DNA of 64,000 nucleotides from positions 32,001 through 96,000 of the forward strand of contig CAVTRY010000021.1 of assembly GCA_963737265.1 (NCBI GenBank). Reading direction: 5' to 3'. A program made the translations under genes and the position numbers. Each line of letters opens with the position of its first letter. The first letter of the stretch is position 1. Of the stretch, positions 11,374-21,525 are shown piece after piece. This DNA is from an uncultured delta proteobacterium (GTDB lineage Bacteria > Myxococcota_A > Polyangia > Fen-1088). The notes under the pieces were generated by a model, which made no database searches, had not been told where the DNA came from, and saw only the letters and a list, made by a program, of their open reading frames with translations.

Positions 11374-11931
11374 CTACAATTTGTACGAGATCTTTCCGCC
11401 CAGGTTCAGGGTCACGTCCGCCGACCAAGTCTGTTCGGGAAAAACGCCCGCGAGTTGCATGGTGACAACGATCGACTTGGACGCCCACAGCTTGGTCACG
11501 TCGATGGGATACGACGTCTTGACGTCAAGCTCCGGAGACGGCAGCGCATTGTCGGGCCGTTGGTAGTTGATGATCTCCACCGCCGGGGTCGTCGAGTCGG
11601 CCGAGCCATCGGACATGGTGATGCGCGCGTAGTGGATGAAGCTCAAATCCTGCACGGCACCGACGGCCTTGAATTCCACCGCGTAGGCGTAGACCTCGGC
11701 GTTCATGTCCTTGGCCCACGACAAGTCATCCGAGGTCAGGGTGAAGGATTGCGTGGTCGAGACCTCGCCAAGCTGGCTGCCGCCCGGGATCCCTTGAAAA
11801 TTGACCGCCTTCTTCGTGACCTTGGCCTCTGAAACGTCAGCCTCGACTCGAGCGCAAGAGGCAGCCGCCCCGGATGCGAACGTCAGCGCCAGAATCAGCG
11901 GAGCAGTGCTTGTGAATTTCGAATTGCGCAT
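11374..11931 (-). CDS. hypothetical exported protein/lipoprotein
   Basis: Signal peptide ending AASC, beta-rich mature region. Confidence 0.7.
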   Translation of the reverse strand: MRNSKFTSTAPLILALTFASGAAASCARVEADVSEAKVTKKAVNFQGIPGGSQLGEVSTTQSFTLTSDDLSWAKDMNAEVYAYAVEFKAVGAVQDLSFIHYARITMSDGSADSTTPAVEIINYQRPDNALPSPELDVKTSYPIDVTKLWASKSIVVTMQLAGVFPEQTWSADVTLNLGGKISYKL

Positions 11932-11938
11932 GGTCCCC

Positions 11939-12562
11939 TCACAGCAAGAAGAAAATCAGCCCTACCTTGAGAGACGATCCGACGGCCTTGACCTTGGGGT
12001 CTTCGCCAAGCTGGACGACGGTCGTGGACCCGGTCGAGCTTTGCAGCGCGCTGTTGGCGTTGTGGATCTGCCCCCAAACCATCGACACTCCCCCGTGCAC
12101 GAAGAAAATGACGTTCTTGCCGCCGAAATCCAGGCCGGCGTGCGCGTTGGCGTAGTCGTAGCCGACTTGGCTGAGCAGTGGGCTGCCGCCGAACTGCCCG
12201 CCCACCAGACGGCGGACGACGCCATTCGCGTCGCCGTCATTGTAGTGGCCGTACTCCACCGCGACCGATGGGCCGGCGCCGAAGGGGATCAGGCTCAAAC
12301 CGCCGCGCCACCCCTTGCTGACCGAGTTGCTTCCACCACCACCATAGACACGGAGCCACTGCCACGGTCGCACCACCAACGAACCGATGGCCCCGTCTGG
12401 AATCCCAGCGTCCAACATCAGGCCCAGGCGCGGCCAGCTCTCCGTTTGCCGGGCGTTGGGCGCCGCCGCCACCGTGGTGGGTTCTTCCGCATACACACGG
12501 GGCGATGCGCCAGCACTCGCTGCCACCCCAACCAATGCGACCGTGACCAGTGCGAACCTCAT
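11939..12562 (-). CDS. hypothetical outer-membrane beta-barrel-like protein
   Basis: Signal peptide, alternating Gly/aromatic strands, C-terminal KVGLIFFLL. Confidence 0.65.
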   Translation of the reverse strand: MRFALVTVALVGVAASAGASPRVYAEEPTTVAAAPNARQTESWPRLGLMLDAGIPDGAIGSLVVRPWQWLRVYGGGGSNSVSKGWRGGLSLIPFGAGPSVAVEYGHYNDGDANGVVRRLVGGQFGGSPLLSQVGYDYANAHAGLDFGGKNVIFFVHGGVSMVWGQIHNANSALQSSTGSTTVVQLGEDPKVKAVGSSLKVGLIFFLL

Positions 12563-12568
12563 GACCCT

Positions 12569-12598
12569 ATTATATCGTCATTTTTATAGTAATGTCAA
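12569..12598 (-). promoter_or_regulatory. sigma70 consensus promoter TTGACA-N18-TATAAT
   Basis: TTGACA at 12598-12593 and TATAAT at 12574-12569 in an AT-rich patch; ATG 6 nt downstream of the -10 box. Confidence 0.8.
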
Positions 12599-12770
12599 AT
12601 ACAATTTTTAGTGCCTAGAACTTTTGGGAGCTTTCTTACCCACAAACCTTGAAACGCCCACGCCCGTACCGTTACCATACAGACATGGTCGCCTTCCCCG
12701 GTGCGGGCCTGCCGCATGAGGCTCGGCGGCGAGTGTCGGGGCGGTAAAGGGGCTCATAGCGAGAAGATTC

Positions 12771-15143
12771 ATGGCGCGGGAGGTTAGTTACGTGGCGACG
12801 GTCGTCGCCGTGGTTCTGGGCGTGGCCCCGGGCCTCCTTCCCGTGGCCGTGGCGGACGATCTCCCCAACCCCGCGCCGGTAGAACCGGCGAAGGACATCG
12901 TTGACATGGATATCAGGGAGCTGGTGAAGGTGAGGGTTTCCCCTTTCGATGTCTCCACTCATCTTGACAACGGCTACCGCGCCTCCAACTCCGTGTCCGG
13001 CTCCCGCTTCGATACGCCTATCCGGGATCTCCCGTTCGCCATCCAGGCTTTCACCGAGCCATTTATCGCGGATCAGGAACCACGGGACATCTTCGATGTC
13101 GCGCGCTACTCGCCGGGGGTCACCTACCGCAGTAACGATTTCAACGAAGGCAACGCCAACCTTGCCATTCGCGGCTTTGCGGTCAGCTCGGTGGCCGGCG
13201 GCAATATCGCTATCTTGCGCGATGGTTTTCACGGCCCCACCATCTTCGACTTCACCAATATCTCGCGCGTGGAAGTAGTCAAGGGACCGGCGTCGTTCCT
13301 CTATGGCCAGCTCGCTCCCGGCGGCATCGTCAACATCATCACCAAGAGTCCGCAATCTCAGTTCGCTGCCAGCGCCGACGCCCGCTACGGCTCCTACGGC
13401 CAATACCGTTTCGACGCCGACGTGACTGGACCGTTGCGAAAGACGCTCTTTTTCCGGGTCGCCACCTCCTACGACCAGGATAGTCACTACTGGTGGCCCT
13501 ACGACGCCCGTTCCTGGGATGTCGCCCCGTCCTTGCTCTGGCAGCCGAGCGAGCGCGTGAGCGTTACCCTCAAGTTCGAGCACTTCTTCAAGAATGAGAC
13601 GCCGCAGCTCATGCAGAAGCCCGGCTACAGCGCCCAAGCAGGCGTCGTGCCGACCGCGGCCGATCCCAACCTGTCGGGCGTCGACGTGCCCGGCTTGCCC
13701 GACAACTGGAACAGCATGTCCTTCGCCGACTTCCGCCGCAGTGAAACCAACGGCCTTAGCGGATGGATCGATTTCAGGGCCGGCGATCACTGGAACCTGC
13801 GAATCGGATACTCCCACCAGGACAACACGATCGACGCGCTTGCCTCGGGCAACTTCGGCATGGCGAACAACACCACCCTCTTGCAAGGGCGCCGCCTCCG
13901 GCGACAGATTTTCACCAACCGTGACGACACCGGTGAAGTGCAAGCCGTCGGCAAGTACGCCTTCTCTCGAGCCAGCCTGCACCTGCTCCTCGGCGCGCAG
14001 TACGTCAACCGGGGTTTCGACGCCTGGGCAGCCCAGGCGCCCAACGACCCGGCGCTTGGCGGCGATCCCACGGCATCGCCGCTTCCACTTTGGAACCTGG
14101 GCGATCCATCTACCTGGAACCGAAACGTCACGATTCCATTGTCCGCACTAACCGCGAATCCAACCAGTCAGACCAACAACAACGTTGACAAGTCCGCCTA
14201 CGGAGGCACCACGCTCGGGTTCTTCGACGACCGCCTGCTCGTGCTGGCTGGCTGGCGCCTGACCTCAACCCAGGCCCAGTTCATCGATCGCGTGGCGCAG
14301 TACCAAAACCAATCCACCCCGACCGCAGTCACGCCCCAATATGGCGTGCTCTACAAGCTCACGACCGGGCTCTCGACATTCGCGTCCTATTCCGAATCCT
14401 TCGTCCCTGGCGGCACGATCCTGGTCACCCGCGCTGGCGGTACGACCTCGCCCGATGACCCGACCAGGGGAGAGGGCATCGACATCGGCGTCAAGGCCGA
14501 GTTCTTCGGCGGTCGGGCCTCCGGCACGATTACGTTCTTCGATGTCCGCAACCGCAACATCGTCAACGATCTGGCCTACACGGATTCATCCGGCTCGGTG
14601 ACGATCGAACACGTGCAAAGCGGCGAGCAGCGCTCCAGTGGCGTCGAAATGGATGCCACGATCACCGCGAACGACAACTGGCAAATCTACTCCTCCTACA
14701 GCTACATGGACGCGCGCATCACCGAGTTCAGCGGCAACGACGCGGCCATCCTCGCCCTGGACCCTTCCACGCTCGATGCCGCCGGGCAGGCGAACTACAA
14801 GAACGTAAAACTATTCCACAACGCCCCCTTGCAGATGAGCGCGCCCCACCTGGCCAATCTTTGGACCCGTTACAATCTCACGCAACCGGGGCTTCGTGGC
14901 CTCTTTGTCGCCGGCGGTTTCAATTTCGTGTACGACCAGACCCTATTGTCCGATACCCCTACGTCCGCGCACCAGACCTACACGTTGCTGAACGCGATGG
15001 TCGGCTATGGGCGGGCGTGGCGAGGGCATCGAATGGACGTGTGCCTCATGGGCAAGAATCTTGCCGACGAACACTACCGGCCGTCGCAAAGCACGCGTGG
15101 TCGACCACGCGAGATTCTTCTCACGCTGAAGGCGTGGTTCTAG
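12771..15143 (+). CDS. TonB-dependent receptor
   Basis: Signal peptide, plug motifs (IRGF, RVEVVKGPASFLYG...GGIVNIITK), C-terminal Phe. Confidence 0.93.
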   Translation: MAREVSYVATVVAVVLGVAPGLLPVAVADDLPNPAPVEPAKDIVDMDIRELVKVRVSPFDVSTHLDNGYRASNSVSGSRFDTPIRDLPFAIQAFTEPFIADQEPRDIFDVARYSPGVTYRSNDFNEGNANLAIRGFAVSSVAGGNIAILRDGFHGPTIFDFTNISRVEVVKGPASFLYGQLAPGGIVNIITKSPQSQFAASADARYGSYGQYRFDADVTGPLRKTLFFRVATSYDQDSHYWWPYDARSWDVAPSLLWQPSERVSVTLKFEHFFKNETPQLMQKPGYSAQAGVVPTAADPNLSGVDVPGLPDNWNSMSFADFRRSETNGLSGWIDFRAGDHWNLRIGYSHQDNTIDALASGNFGMANNTTLLQGRRLRRQIFTNRDDTGEVQAVGKYAFSRASLHLLLGAQYVNRGFDAWAAQAPNDPALGGDPTASPLPLWNLGDPSTWNRNVTIPLSALTANPTSQTNNNVDKSAYGGTTLGFFDDRLLVLAGWRLTSTQAQFIDRVAQYQNQSTPTAVTPQYGVLYKLTTGLSTFASYSESFVPGGTILVTRAGGTTSPDDPTRGEGIDIGVKAEFFGGRASGTITFFDVRNRNIVNDLAYTDSSGSVTIEHVQSGEQRSSGVEMDATITANDNWQIYSSYSYMDARITEFSGNDAAILALDPSTLDAAGQANYKNVKLFHNAPLQMSAPHLANLWTRYNLTQPGLRGLFVAGGFNFVYDQTLLSDTPTSAHQTYTLLNAMVGYGRAWRGHRMDVCLMGKNLADEHYRPSQSTRGRPREILLTLKAWF

Positions 15144-15213
15144 GTCTAGAAATGCGGCGCCCAACGCCGAGACTCCCGCGCCCGCAAATCACTCCACAAG
15201 AAACACCGGCCTC

Positions 15214-17466
15214 CTAGCGCCGAAGCTGCCTGCGGACCGCGTTCAGCAGCGCCTCTGCCGGGAGGGGCTTTACCAAGAGCTCCGGCACACCAAGGGCTGA
15301 AAGTTGCGCTCTATTTGCCTCGACATCGAGTCCGGTAGCAGCGATCACCTTGACATCGGGCTTTGACGCTTTCAACGAGCGAACCAGTTCTATCCCGTCC
15401 ATCGCAGGCATCATGAGGTCGGTTATCACAAGTCGTATTTCGTCTCGAAACGGTCGAAAGAGGTCGAGGGCTTCCTGTCCGTTGGAAGCCATCAGCACGC
15501 GATAGCCCTGTCTCTCCAGGAGTCGTCGAAGGACGGCTCGGATGGCCGCTTCGTCATCGACAATCAGAATCAATTCGCCGGCGCCGCTTGCCAGCAGGGA
15601 TCTGGGCGATGACTGGGGAAGAATGTAAGCTTCGGTCGTCGCGGGCAGGAAAACCCTAAAGATGCTTCCCTTTCCCAACTCCGTGTCGACTCGCACAAAT
15701 CCGTCATGGCTCTTCACGATGGCAAGCAGGGTTGAAAGGCCAAGGCCGGAGCCCTTGCCCAAAGCCTTGGTCGTGAAGAACGGATCGAAAATCCGGTTGA
15801 GGACTTCCGGCTCGATTCCCTGGCCGGTGTCTGCGACCGACATCTCCACATAGGGACCGGGTTTCGCGCGCGGGTCGATTCTTGTGGCATCCTCGCCCAG
15901 GGTGACGTTCTTCGCAGCAGCAGTCAGGGTGCCTCCCTCGGGCATCGCGTCCCTTGCGTTCACGCAAAGATTCATCAGCACCTGGTGAAGTTGCGTGGCA
16001 TCGGCTTGTACAGTCCAAAGATCCGTCGGGGATGCGTCCACAATCTCGATGTTACGCGGAAAGGTCTCGCGCATGATCTTGACCATTTCCTTAAGCAAAT
16101 GCGCTGGATGGATCTGCGTGTGCGCTCCTTCGACGCCGCGACCGAAAAGAAGGAGTTGGCGGATGATGCTGGCACCGCGCCGTGCGCTGCCTTCGATCAT
16201 CGCGACGGTTTCCAAATCCTGGGCGGCGTACAGTTGGTCCTTTAAGATGTCGCACGCCATCAGGATGGGAGAGAGAATGTTGTTCAAGTCGTGCGCAACG
16301 CCGCTGGCCAGTGTGCCGACCACTTCCATGCGCTGGGCATGCAAATACTGTTTTTCCAACTGTTTTCGTTCGGTCAGGTCGTTGAACATACCGACGAAGC
16401 CCGTCACTTGGCCATGGTCGTCTCGCAGGGCTGTCACCGACAGAAGGACCGCCACATGCGTGCCGTCCTTGCGAACGAAAGTCCACTCGTATTCATCCGG
16501 CAGGCCGTGACGGGCGAGGCTCGCGAATACGGCGAAGTCGGGGGCAATCTTCTCGCCCAGTTTCGCGGATAACTGGCGCGCCCGCTGCACGACCTCCTCC
16601 GCGTCGTGCCAGATCATGGGAGTCCGTTTGCCAACGACCTCGACAGCCACATAGCCCAGCAGACGCGCGGCTGCGGTATTGAAGCTGCTGACGGTGCCTT
16701 CTGGCGTGGTGGAAACGATGCCGTAGGCGGCGTTGTCGAGCAGGGTGCGCTGAAACAGGGTGAGCCGGCGCAAGTCGTTTTCCCTCTCGCGCACGGCGAC
16801 GATCATCGCATCGAAACTACGGCCGAGACTAGCGACTTCATCGCTGCCGGTGCCGCGCAGCTTCAGGCTGTAGTCGCCCCGAGCTCGAACGCGCTCGGCA
16901 GCCTCTGCCAAGGTCGCGATGGGACGAATGATGGTTCGTTGAAGAACCGCCACCTGGCCAAAGGTGATTGCCAACAGGACGAGCATGGCCGCGGCGGCCA
17001 TCCAGTACACCTGTCGGGCCTGCCGACCGATTTGGCCGAGACTCATGGTTAGGGCCAACTGACCGCCTCGCTGCAGGCCCTGCACGAGGTGGGCGGTGTT
17101 GCTGCTCAGGTAGATGCCGTTGGCCTTGGGCCACGAAGAGGGCTGTCTGTCGGCGGGCGCGCGGCTGTAGCTTGCCAGCGTCCGACCGTCCTCCAAAATG
17201 ATGGCCGCTTCCATGATTTGAGGGTCGGCCCGCAGGGTATTCAAAATCTCCTGCGCGCGGACCGGATCCTCGAATGACACCGCCGCGTTTGCGCCGACGG
17301 AGACCAATTGCGCATAGGGCTCCATGGCCTGACTGGCGCGTCCCGCGATCGTGAGGCTGTCGGCCAGCATCAGCGCTCCTCCCCCCACCACGAAGGCGAG
17401 GAGGAACGCGCCCCACAAGACGAGGGCGAGCTTGTTGCGGATATCGAGACGCCGGAACACGGTCAC
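15214..17466 (-). CDS. hybrid sensor histidine kinase (periplasmic CHASE8-like sensor, HAMP, PAS, HisKA, HATPase, REC)
   Basis: Two TM helices, DEVASL HAMP, GVAHDLNNIL, NLCVNARDAM, FFTTK...GSGLGL, receiver DLMMP. Confidence 0.93.
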   Translation of the reverse strand: MTVFRRLDIRNKLALVLWGAFLLAFVVGGGALMLADSLTIAGRASQAMEPYAQLVSVGANAAVSFEDPVRAQEILNTLRADPQIMEAAIILEDGRTLASYSRAPADRQPSSWPKANGIYLSSNTAHLVQGLQRGGQLALTMSLGQIGRQARQVYWMAAAAMLVLLAITFGQVAVLQRTIIRPIATLAEAAERVRARGDYSLKLRGTGSDEVASLGRSFDAMIVAVRERENDLRRLTLFQRTLLDNAAYGIVSTTPEGTVSSFNTAAARLLGYVAVEVVGKRTPMIWHDAEEVVQRARQLSAKLGEKIAPDFAVFASLARHGLPDEYEWTFVRKDGTHVAVLLSVTALRDDHGQVTGFVGMFNDLTERKQLEKQYLHAQRMEVVGTLASGVAHDLNNILSPILMACDILKDQLYAAQDLETVAMIEGSARRGASIIRQLLLFGRGVEGAHTQIHPAHLLKEMVKIMRETFPRNIEIVDASPTDLWTVQADATQLHQVLMNLCVNARDAMPEGGTLTAAAKNVTLGEDATRIDPRAKPGPYVEMSVADTGQGIEPEVLNRIFDPFFTTKALGKGSGLGLSTLLAIVKSHDGFVRVDTELGKGSIFRVFLPATTEAYILPQSSPRSLLASGAGELILIVDDEAAIRAVLRRLLERQGYRVLMASNGQEALDLFRPFRDEIRLVITDLMMPAMDGIELVRSLKASKPDVKVIAATGLDVEANRAQLSALGVPELLVKPLPAEALLNAVRRQLRR

Positions 17467-18068
17467 CTCATCCTCCTGATCACGCCGTGTTCCAGGACTT
17501 CGGTGGACACTTCCAACATTTCGGTCGGAATGTTCAGGAAAACGGCGCGGGCTTGATCGAGATTCACGCTCATCTGCACTCGGTCGCCGAGTTTGAGCCG
17601 AATGATTCCCCCTTCGCGCAGGATCTCGGCCGCATCTCCAACGGTTAGCGCCGGTTTGTCCTTGAGAGCGGCTAGCACGGCACGACGTCTATTGGAATTC
17701 TCGAACCCGATGAAGATGATCTGGCATGGAGGCAGTCTATTGGGCGAATCTGCGGAATAGATTTCGAACGCGCGATTGTGTTCGGTGTGCCCTCCAAGGG
17801 ACTTTTCGAGCACTTCGCCGAAACTGGCGTTTCCCAATACCCCTATACGCCAGGGAGATTGGGCACTCTCGAAAGCGGACGCTGGCCACGTCACATAATG
17901 TGCAAAATTGCGGAGAAAGGCGGCCTCGACGCGGTTTGGATTCTCAAGCGCGTCCTCTTGCCCCGCGACATGCCCGCTTGGCAGCAGCCCGAGCAAGAGA
18001 AGGAACAGGCAGAGACTAACGGCGCGGAATGCGCTGGCTCTCTGGCGTGAGTCGAGATTCTCGTTCAT
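17463..18068 (-). CDS. YfiR family periplasmic protein
   Basis: Signal peptide; VEAAFLRNFAHYVTWP, CQIIFI, LTVGD, VNL motifs; overlaps kinase start (GTGA). Confidence 0.85.
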   Translation of the reverse strand: MNENLDSRQRASAFRAVSLCLFLLLLGLLPSGHVAGQEDALENPNRVEAAFLRNFAHYVTWPASAFESAQSPWRIGVLGNASFGEVLEKSLGGHTEHNRAFEIYSADSPNRLPPCQIIFIGFENSNRRRAVLAALKDKPALTVGDAAEILREGGIIRLKLGDRVQMSVNLDQARAVFLNIPTEMLEVSTEVLEHGVIRRMR

Positions 18069-18165
18069 TCCGACACGGCCGAAAGGAAAGCTGGTGAGCT
18101 CCTGCGATCAGAATGGTACTCCAATCCTTCCAGCCAGGACAGGGCGGAGCCGACCCTCCGACCCT

Positions 18166-18279
18166 CGTAATCCCGCGATAGCCGCAGAAAGTCCTGGCCG
18201 TGGTCGTGGTCGTGGTCGTGGCCGTGGCCGGAGTGATCTTCGTCGGCCAGAGGCCACGACGACGACGTTTACGACCACC
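18166..18279. repeat. REP-like intergenic element with hexamer (GGTCGT/GGCCGT) arms, copy 1
   Basis: Shares GGCCGGAGTGATCTTCGTCGGCCA, CGACGACGACGTTTACGACCACC and AATCCCGCGATAG with the reverse complement of 23647-23760. Confidence 0.8.
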
Positions 18280-18337
18280 ATGACGTAAGCAAGAATCCAT
18301 GGCAGGGGAATTCGTGCATTTTGTCGGAGACGATCCG

Positions 18338-18925
18338 CTAAAGAAAAATGGCACCCTGGCGCACGATTTCGATTCTATCGCCGTGGACACGCACGAGCGT
18401 GCTCGGCGGACCGCCCGGCGTCCCGCCTCCGTCGAGAAGATTGAAGTCCTTGCCGGAAAAGTGCGTGACGACTCCGGCCGCGGTTCGTGCGGGAGCTGCG
18501 CCGCCGGGATTGGCGCTGGTGGCTGTAATGGGACGCCCTACCGCAACGACCAGCGCCTGGGCCACTGTATGCGGCGAGACCCGAGCGGCGACGAATCCGT
18601 CGTACACGACAGCCGCCGGCAAGTCCGGACGCGCCGGCAAGGCAAGCGTCAGCGGCCCCGGCCAATAGGTCGCCGCCAGCTCGCGCGCTCGCGCCGGCAC
18701 GTCCGCACACAACCCGGCAAACATCTCCAAATCGGCGACCAGTAACGCACTTGCCTTCTTTGCGCCCCGCCCCTTGAACGCAAACAGCGCCGCCAAAGCG
18801 CGCATATCGAGCGCGTCGACCGCGAGCCCGTAGGAGGTCTCGGTTGGAAAGGCGACGATCTCGCCACGACGGATAGCCGCGGCCGCTTCAGGGATTTGGG
18901 CAGGCGAGAACGTCCTCACTGGCAT
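18338..18925 (-). CDS. tsaC: L-threonylcarbamoyladenylate synthase (YrdC/Sua5)
   Basis: AFPTETSYGL, KGR, YWPGPLT, TSANP, PSTLV. Confidence 0.92.
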   Translation of the reverse strand: MPVRTFSPAQIPEAAAAIRRGEIVAFPTETSYGLAVDALDMRALAALFAFKGRGAKKASALLVADLEMFAGLCADVPARARELAATYWPGPLTLALPARPDLPAAVVYDGFVAARVSPHTVAQALVVAVGRPITATSANPGGAAPARTAAGVVTHFSGKDFNLLDGGGTPGGPPSTLVRVHGDRIEIVRQGAIFL

Positions 18926-18938
18926 ACGGATTTCCGGG

Positions 18939-21503
18939 TTACGGACAGCTTCTGACCTCGACGGCGGCGCTGCCACGCGGGCCGAATCGTTTGAGCACGC
19001 TCACCTTGGCCTTGCTGCCAGGCTTGCCAAGCAGCGGCAGCACGCCTTGCAGCAGTTTCTCGGGCTCCGCGCCGCGCACGACGATGTCGGGCTTGCCTTC
19101 AAATGCCTCCTCGAACTCGATGCGCACGCGCGGGCCGAGCGATCCGACCAGGGCGCGCAGATCCTCCAACAGGGCGCTGGTAATACCCTCGGTGAATTGC
19201 CCGTTCTTGCCGCGGCACGGGCGCAAGACGATGCCCCGATCCTGAAATGCAGGCTCGTTCGCTTGGGTGGCCTCCCAGGTGGCGAGCGGCGCTGGAGGAT
19301 CCGGCGGCCGCTGAAACCAGCCCTGCGGAATGGTGAGAAACACCGCGCCCCGGCCGGCCAAACCAACCACAAGTCTGCCATCCGGGGCTTCGGCCAGGGC
19401 GACAACTTCGCTGTCGGCGGCCATGGGAACGGAAGGGTGCACGGGATCCGCGTGTTTCCGGTCGCGCAGGACCCACAGACCGCGACCACCCAACCACAAC
19501 CGCTTGGTGCCATCGCGCATGAACAGATTGACTTCGTCGCCGAGTCCCTCCGGCCTCAACAACTCGCACGTGCCCCACCTGATGTTGAAGACGCAAAGTC
19601 CACGATCGGTGGCCAGCAGCAGCTCGTCCTTGTTGCCCCACGTCGTCGCATCGCGGATCTGAAGCCGACGGCCATCCAGCTTCACCGGCACTTCGTCAAT
19701 GAGCGGCACGCCACCCGCTTCGTTGCTGTCGAGCCGGACCAGCGCCCAACTCGCAGCGGCGACGGGCAGGCCATAGAACGGCGGCATGAATCCTTCGACG
19801 AAATGCAGGGGTTCGCCAATCGCCGATCTGAACGTGTTTTGGGCTCTTCTTCCGGCCGAGACCAGCGCGCCGGGGCTACCAGCGGCGCTGTCCGGCGTCG
19901 ACCGCATGACCAAGCGCCAGTGGCCGCCCGAAAAGCTCCATAGGCCCTGGTCGTCCACGTTCCAGAGCTGCCTGTCAGGCGTCGCGAACGTGTCATCCGG
20001 CTCGATGGGCAGCTCTTCTCGACCGAGGACGGTGAGAACCTTGCCATCCCACCGCGCCGTGAGAAAAACGTCGCGCAGGCCGTGCACGTGCCCGATGTAG
20101 TGGCGCGGCGGACCCGCCTTGGCAATGACGTAACTGACTTCCCCTTCGATGGGGATGGTCGTCATGGCGGCCCATTGTCGTTCCTTTTCGCCCGGCCTGG
20201 CTGAGCCCATAAGCTCGGCCGGCGGCACGACCGGATCGGGCAAGGGATGCCACCCGCCCTTGGAATAGAACAGCGGTCCACCATCGCCGTAAAAGGCGAT
20301 TCCGTCCGCCAGTCGCACGATCTCGGTCGGGCGCGTGACCGTGTTCTGTCCATCTAACAGGTGGCGCCGCGTGTAGTCGGGGGTGACCTCCAGAAAACCA
20401 CCGCGAGCCAAAGTGACCAGGATGCCATGGTTCGCAAGATGTGCCTGCCCGACGGCATGAAGGGCGTCGTCTTCGCGGTGCCCGGTTGCCAAGGGGTCGA
20501 GCGGTTTCCAACTGGCCAGGCTCTTGTCGACCACCGAAACGCCGTTGTCCGAGACGACGAGAACACCCACGGGCTCGGCGGCTTCGAGGATGTGGGTAAT
20601 CGGAGTCGTGGGCCAGGCATCGTCGCCCGCACGACGTTTCCCGGTGGGCGAATAGATCGCAACTGGCTTGGCGCCGGGCGCCAGCCGGATGACAAAGCTG
20701 GACATCTCGCCGGATCGTTCCACCCCGCCGAAGGCCCACACCTGCCGGTCGGACAGCTCAACGAATCCCCGCACGCCATCCCAGCGGCCCTTGAACCCAA
20801 CCTCCTTCGCTGCTCCGCTAGCGAGATCGATGACGTGCAGCTTGCCGGCGCTCGCGACCCACAGCCGGTCACCGCTGTCGAGGAAGAGAATCGGCCGGGG
20901 GCCGACCTCGTAGGTCCGCCCCTGCCCTTCGTCCTTGATGACGATGTCCTCGCCGCTTTGGCTGGTTTGATACGCGACGACCAGCGCGCCGTCCGTCGAT
21001 CGCTTTCCGATCCAGCGCGGCACGCCGGGCACGTCGGCAATCCGTTCCAGGGAAAGATCCTCGGCGGCGACCCGCACGATGACGCCATTCGCAATGCCCG
21101 CCAGCATGTGAGTCTTGTCCGCCGGGCCAAGACAGGTCGCCCGACGCCGCAGGACTTTTTGGTCGCGCACGGCAAAGGTTTCGCGATCGAAACTGAGAAC
21201 GTGCCCGGACGCGGACAACGCCAGCAAGCGCTCCCCGACGAACCGACTGTCGACGATGGCATTCCCATCAAAGTGGTACTCAATTCCCAGCTTGGGGGGC
21301 AGGGCTTTGTGCTTGATGTGAAAAACAACGTGGCGGGGTTTGTCCGCGCCGTCCGAGTCCGCGTCGGAATCATCCGAGCCGGCCGGATGCCACAGGAATG
21401 TGGCAACTCCGGCGATAAGGATCGCTCCGACCAGGGCAAGAATCAGCGGACGCCTGCTTCGTCGAGGAGATTGGGGAGCTGCACCCTCTGGAACGTCACC
21501 CAT
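18939..21503 (-). CDS. membrane-anchored beta-propeller hypothetical protein
   Basis: One N-terminal TM helix; repeated D-x-x-x-x-LW propeller-type motifs (DSGDRLWVAS, DGTKRLWLGG, APDGRLVVG). Confidence 0.7.
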   Translation of the reverse strand: MGDVPEGAAPQSPRRSRRPLILALVGAILIAGVATFLWHPAGSDDSDADSDGADKPRHVVFHIKHKALPPKLGIEYHFDGNAIVDSRFVGERLLALSASGHVLSFDRETFAVRDQKVLRRRATCLGPADKTHMLAGIANGVIVRVAAEDLSLERIADVPGVPRWIGKRSTDGALVVAYQTSQSGEDIVIKDEGQGRTYEVGPRPILFLDSGDRLWVASAGKLHVIDLASGAAKEVGFKGRWDGVRGFVELSDRQVWAFGGVERSGEMSSFVIRLAPGAKPVAIYSPTGKRRAGDDAWPTTPITHILEAAEPVGVLVVSDNGVSVVDKSLASWKPLDPLATGHREDDALHAVGQAHLANHGILVTLARGGFLEVTPDYTRRHLLDGQNTVTRPTEIVRLADGIAFYGDGGPLFYSKGGWHPLPDPVVPPAELMGSARPGEKERQWAAMTTIPIEGEVSYVIAKAGPPRHYIGHVHGLRDVFLTARWDGKVLTVLGREELPIEPDDTFATPDRQLWNVDDQGLWSFSGGHWRLVMRSTPDSAAGSPGALVSAGRRAQNTFRSAIGEPLHFVEGFMPPFYGLPVAAASWALVRLDSNEAGGVPLIDEVPVKLDGRRLQIRDATTWGNKDELLLATDRGLCVFNIRWGTCELLRPEGLGDEVNLFMRDGTKRLWLGGRGLWVLRDRKHADPVHPSVPMAADSEVVALAEAPDGRLVVGLAGRGAVFLTIPQGWFQRPPDPPAPLATWEATQANEPAFQDRGIVLRPCRGKNGQFTEGITSALLEDLRALVGSLGPRVRIEFEEAFEGKPDIVVRGAEPEKLLQGVLPLLGKPGSKAKVSVLKRFGPRGSAAVEVRSCP

Positions 21504-21525
21504 GCGTCGGTCGGCCTAGAATACA

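Noticed and set aside
18190-18280. Hexamer repeats as a CRISPR array
   Set aside because: No 25-40-bp repeats with unique spacers and no cas genes in the window
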